Positions 61,258 to 64,000 of a stretch of 64,000 nt of DNA are shown here, piece by piece. The stretch spans positions 173,064 to 237,063 of IMG/VR virus record IMGVR_UViG_3300031998_000001; one strand, written 5' to 3'. Within the stretch, counting starts at the first letter, position 1. Each line of letters starts with the position of its first letter. The stretch comes from a virus (taxonomy: Duplodnaviria; Heunggongvirae; Uroviricota; Caudoviricetes). Under the pieces are notes generated by a model that made no database searches, was not told the origin of the DNA, and saw nothing but the letters and a program-made list of their open reading frames with translations. The translations under genes were made by a program, and so were the position numbers.

Positions 61258-61848
61258 TTATTTCCTTCCCTTTGCATCAATCCTGAATATGTGGTAGCAA
61301 AGCACATAGCCCTGCCAGTCGTCTGGAAAGTCCTCATCGTCGAGGTACTCGCACCTCGGTTCGAGAGTGCCGATGTACTCGCCCCACTTGTGCCAACGCC
61401 AGCCACCTCCCTGCCAAGCGTTCTCCTTGTCCTGAAACACAGGCGAGAACCAGATGAAATACTTATGGGTGTCGCTTTCGAGTATGTCGCCCCACTTGTC
61501 GAGAACCTGCTGTACATTATCGCACACGCCCCACTGCTCAAAGTGCTTCGGGTTGGGTATCCACTCCCCGTTCTCGTCCTCAATCATAGACGGGTTGTCC
61601 TCGTGGGTAAGGTAGCCCATATCGGTTATGCTCCTGCCGATTGTCTCGACAAAAGTGTTCGCACTCGGCTGGGAGTTGTACTCGCAGGCGATGTAGCAGC
61701 CCTTGTGCGGGTGGCAGAAAGCCCTTACTTCATCATTATCGCTGATGAACGGGTAGAACTTCTCTGGCGGTATGGTGTCGCCGTACTTCTCATACATTTC
61801 GCGGAGGGACTTTATCTCCTCTGGGTTTACCGTCAAGTCAACTAACAT
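61258..61848 (-). CDS. conserved hypothetical phage protein
   Basis: QWGVCDNVQQV...GGGWRWHKWGEYIG motif. Confidence 0.6.
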   Translation of the reverse strand: MLVDLTVNPEEIKSLREMYEKYGDTIPPEKFYPFISDNDEVRAFCHPHKGCYIACEYNSQPSANTFVETIGRSITDMGYLTHEDNPSMIEDENGEWIPNPKHFEQWGVCDNVQQVLDKWGDILESDTHKYFIWFSPVFQDKENAWQGGGWRWHKWGEYIGTLEPRCEYLDDEDFPDDWQGYVLCYHIFRIDAKGRK

Positions 61849-62342
61849 ACGCCTTCCTCCTTGCCTTTGTTTCCAAGACAGCCACCGAACAGCGAATTGG
61901 TCAGACGATAGTTCGCGTCATCGACCTGCGGTTGCTGTATCCTGTGTCTGCGGTATCTCTCCGTAGCCATATCGAACATCTTTCTCTCCCTCTCGTCAGT
62001 CCGTTCGGCAACGCCCCGTGCAACCTCCTGCAACCTCCTGTACTGCGCATAGAGGTCGGTAAGCGTCTCGCACCCCTCCCCTATGAAGTAGAGGGCATCG
62101 TGCGTCTTGTCGAGGTTGGTGGCGAGGTAGTACCCAGCGTTCTTCCGATAGTAGAACCTGTGCTTCTTGGTGCTGTTCGGTGCATCACCGACGCGGCGGT
62201 ACACGGTGTCTATCATCTTGACATTCGGGTTGCTGTCATTGGCGACCGCGCTTTCGGGCTTCAGTATCTCGCCCCTTGATGTAATGATGATTGGTATTCG
62301 TTCCATATCTTTTAGTTTTTTAATTGTTTCCTTTCCAACACT

Positions 62343-62371
62343 AATATATAGTTAATCTATTGCGATTTCAG
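62343..62371 (-). promoter_or_regulatory. CTGAAA-N17-TATATT promoter (copy 13, minus strand)
   Basis: ctgaaa tcgcaatagattaacta tatatt on the - strand upstream of ATG 62306. Confidence 0.8.
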
Positions 62372-62703
62372 TTTTCTCCCCGTTATCTTTCCGATAGCGC
62401 ATATCCCAAGACTTCTTAATCCTGTCGAGCACGACAAGGTTGCCGAGCCTTGTCCGTTCGTCCGCGACTTCCTTCAGGAAGTTGTCGTACCTCGCGATGA
62501 ACAAAAGCGCATCCTCCCTCGCGCATTTCGGAAGGGTGTCAATCCGTCCCCGCCAGCCGTCGGCGATTTCGGCAAGCACCCTGCCGATGTTCTCGAAGTC
62601 ATCGAACAACCTGTTGAGTTCCGTGAAGCCATCGTACAAGGTCTTGTCCGTGTCAACATAAATGTTTATGAAGCCGTATTCTTTATTCTCCTTGTCCATA
62701 ATC

Positions 62704-63492
62704 CTATCTCGATAAGAACTTGTCAACCATAGAGCGAACCTTCCTTACATAGTTATCGCTCATCTCTATTATGTTCACATCTTCGAGCGTTGACAACTTG
62801 TATATGAGCAGGGGGTTATGGACAACCGCTATTATCTGGGTGTTCTCCTTCCTCTGCGAGAGTATGCCGTACACCTGCTCTGCGTTGCCTATGTCCATAG
62901 AACTGTCTGGCTCGTCCATAAGCACAGTCCAAGACGGCTCGCACTTCACTCGGTGTTCCGCCACATACTTCTGGTAGTCCTCGTTCTTGATTTCGTTCTC
63001 GTAGTCGAACTTCAACTTCGCGTCCTTCGAGAACATAAGGCTGAAGAGCGATGAAAGTGCCGATGCCGTCTGCTCCCCGCTCGAAGCGTGCATAAGGTTC
63101 ACCGTGTCCCCGAAACTCTTGAACGAAGAAAATATGTAATCATCATTCCTCTCGGAACGGGGCGTGAAGGCAAACACATTCCTGCGGTAGTCGGCATAGA
63201 CATCAACGCCGTCAAGAAGTATGTCCTCCGTGTCAAGCGTCTGCCATTTTGACCGAAGCCTGTCAACCGTCCTTGAGAACTCGCCGTCCTTCGCACCGCA
63301 CTCGTCGTGTGCGACCATAAGGTATGCCTTCAGCGTTTTAAAAAATGTTGACTTGCCACAACCGTTCTTCCCGACAATCACATTCACACCGTCCTTGAAC
63401 TTATATTCCTTGCCGTTCGCGAACGCAGGCAAGTCCTTCGCATACTGGTACGGTAGCCTCGTGTTGTCCCTTATCACCACATTCCGTATCAT
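62704..63492 (-). CDS. ABC/AAA-type ATPase
   Basis: Walker A GKNGCGKST, signature-like SSGEQ, Walker B LMDEPD, H-loop VVHN. Confidence 0.85.
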   Translation of the reverse strand: MIRNVVIRDNTRLPYQYAKDLPAFANGKEYKFKDGVNVIVGKNGCGKSTFFKTLKAYLMVAHDECGAKDGEFSRTVDRLRSKWQTLDTEDILLDGVDVYADYRRNVFAFTPRSERNDDYIFSSFKSFGDTVNLMHASSGEQTASALSSLFSLMFSKDAKLKFDYENEIKNEDYQKYVAEHRVKCEPSWTVLMDEPDSSMDIGNAEQVYGILSQRKENTQIIAVVHNPLLIYKLSTLEDVNIIEMSDNYVRKVRSMVDKFLSR

Positions 63493-64000
63493 TGCTCGCC
63501 CTCCTTCGTTTCCATTTTCCTGAACATCTCCAAGTCGCGCCTGCAAATGTCAAGCCCGTCCCTGATATATGGCAGGTACTTGTCCTTGCAGTCCATCTCC
63601 GATATTACGCCTTCGAGTTCCGTAAGGGCTTTGATGCTCTCCTCGCAGTCCTTTGCGCACAAAAGCGCATCTGCCGATATTGTGCTTACTATGACGAAAT
63701 TGAGCATATCGCATTCGATAAGCCTCTCGACCATTTCCTTCGCGAATTTCCTTTCTTCCATATCGTTATCCGTTTATGCCACCAGTATCAAGCACAACCC
63801 TTACCTCGCGGACTTCCGCGCTCATCGGGCGTGCCGTGAACAACCTCTTCTTCGCACCAGCCTCCGTGTCGAACAGGTAGGCTTTTGCAAACTCCTTCTC
63901 GTAGCCGTATGACGAGGATGTGCTCTTGTTCTTCCAGTAGAAGAAGCCGTCCTCCCTGACTATCACATACTTTGTCGTTTCCATATTCCGTGTGTTCCTT

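Noticed and set aside
1-64000. Stop-codon reassignment as in some gut megaphages
   Set aside because: Long conserved genes are intact in code 11 and end at expected positions with TAG (rtcB), TGA (primase) and TAA (clamp loader).
1-64000. tRNA or rRNA genes
   Set aside because: No cloverleaf or T-loop signature found in the few intergenic gaps by eye.

Overview
This 64 kb window is part of a large T4-like (jumbo) dsDNA myophage genome, most likely infecting a Bacteroidota host. Host inference rests on the general lack of Shine-Dalgarno sequences, A-rich leaders ending in -ATATG/-TTATG, SpII-type lipoproteins and gene families typical of Bacteroidota phages. It uses the standard genetic code. 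Genes are densely packed on the + strand up to 59659 and on the - strand after 59740. Recognisable genes are RtcB, a T4 gp61-like primase, a clamp-loader ATPase, a Pol-beta nucleotidyltransferase, a C5 DNA methyltransferase, a metallophosphoesterase, a HAD phosphatase, a PRTase-like protein, a BspA-type LRR protein, an ABC/AAA ATPase, gp13-like neck and gp2-like end-protector proteins, and two TnpB-type nucleases. The most striking non-catalogue features are five. (1) One protein family is expanded to 23 ORFs (about 25 domain copies), with three conserved blocks around two hypervariable segments; 12 genes form a near-contiguous array. (2) A portable module of a TATAAATA late promoter, a fixed 31-nt spacing to the ATG and an N-terminal M-x-H-I-K-R-I-N-E peptide is attached to unrelated proteins, resembling T4 capsid-targeting sequences. 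(3) A strict CTGAAA-N17-TATATT promoter occurs 13 times. (4) A gp21-like prohead protease paralog has lost its catalytic motifs. (5) A structured, riboswitch-like leader precedes one TnpB. All assignments come from motif recognition by eye; no searches were run.
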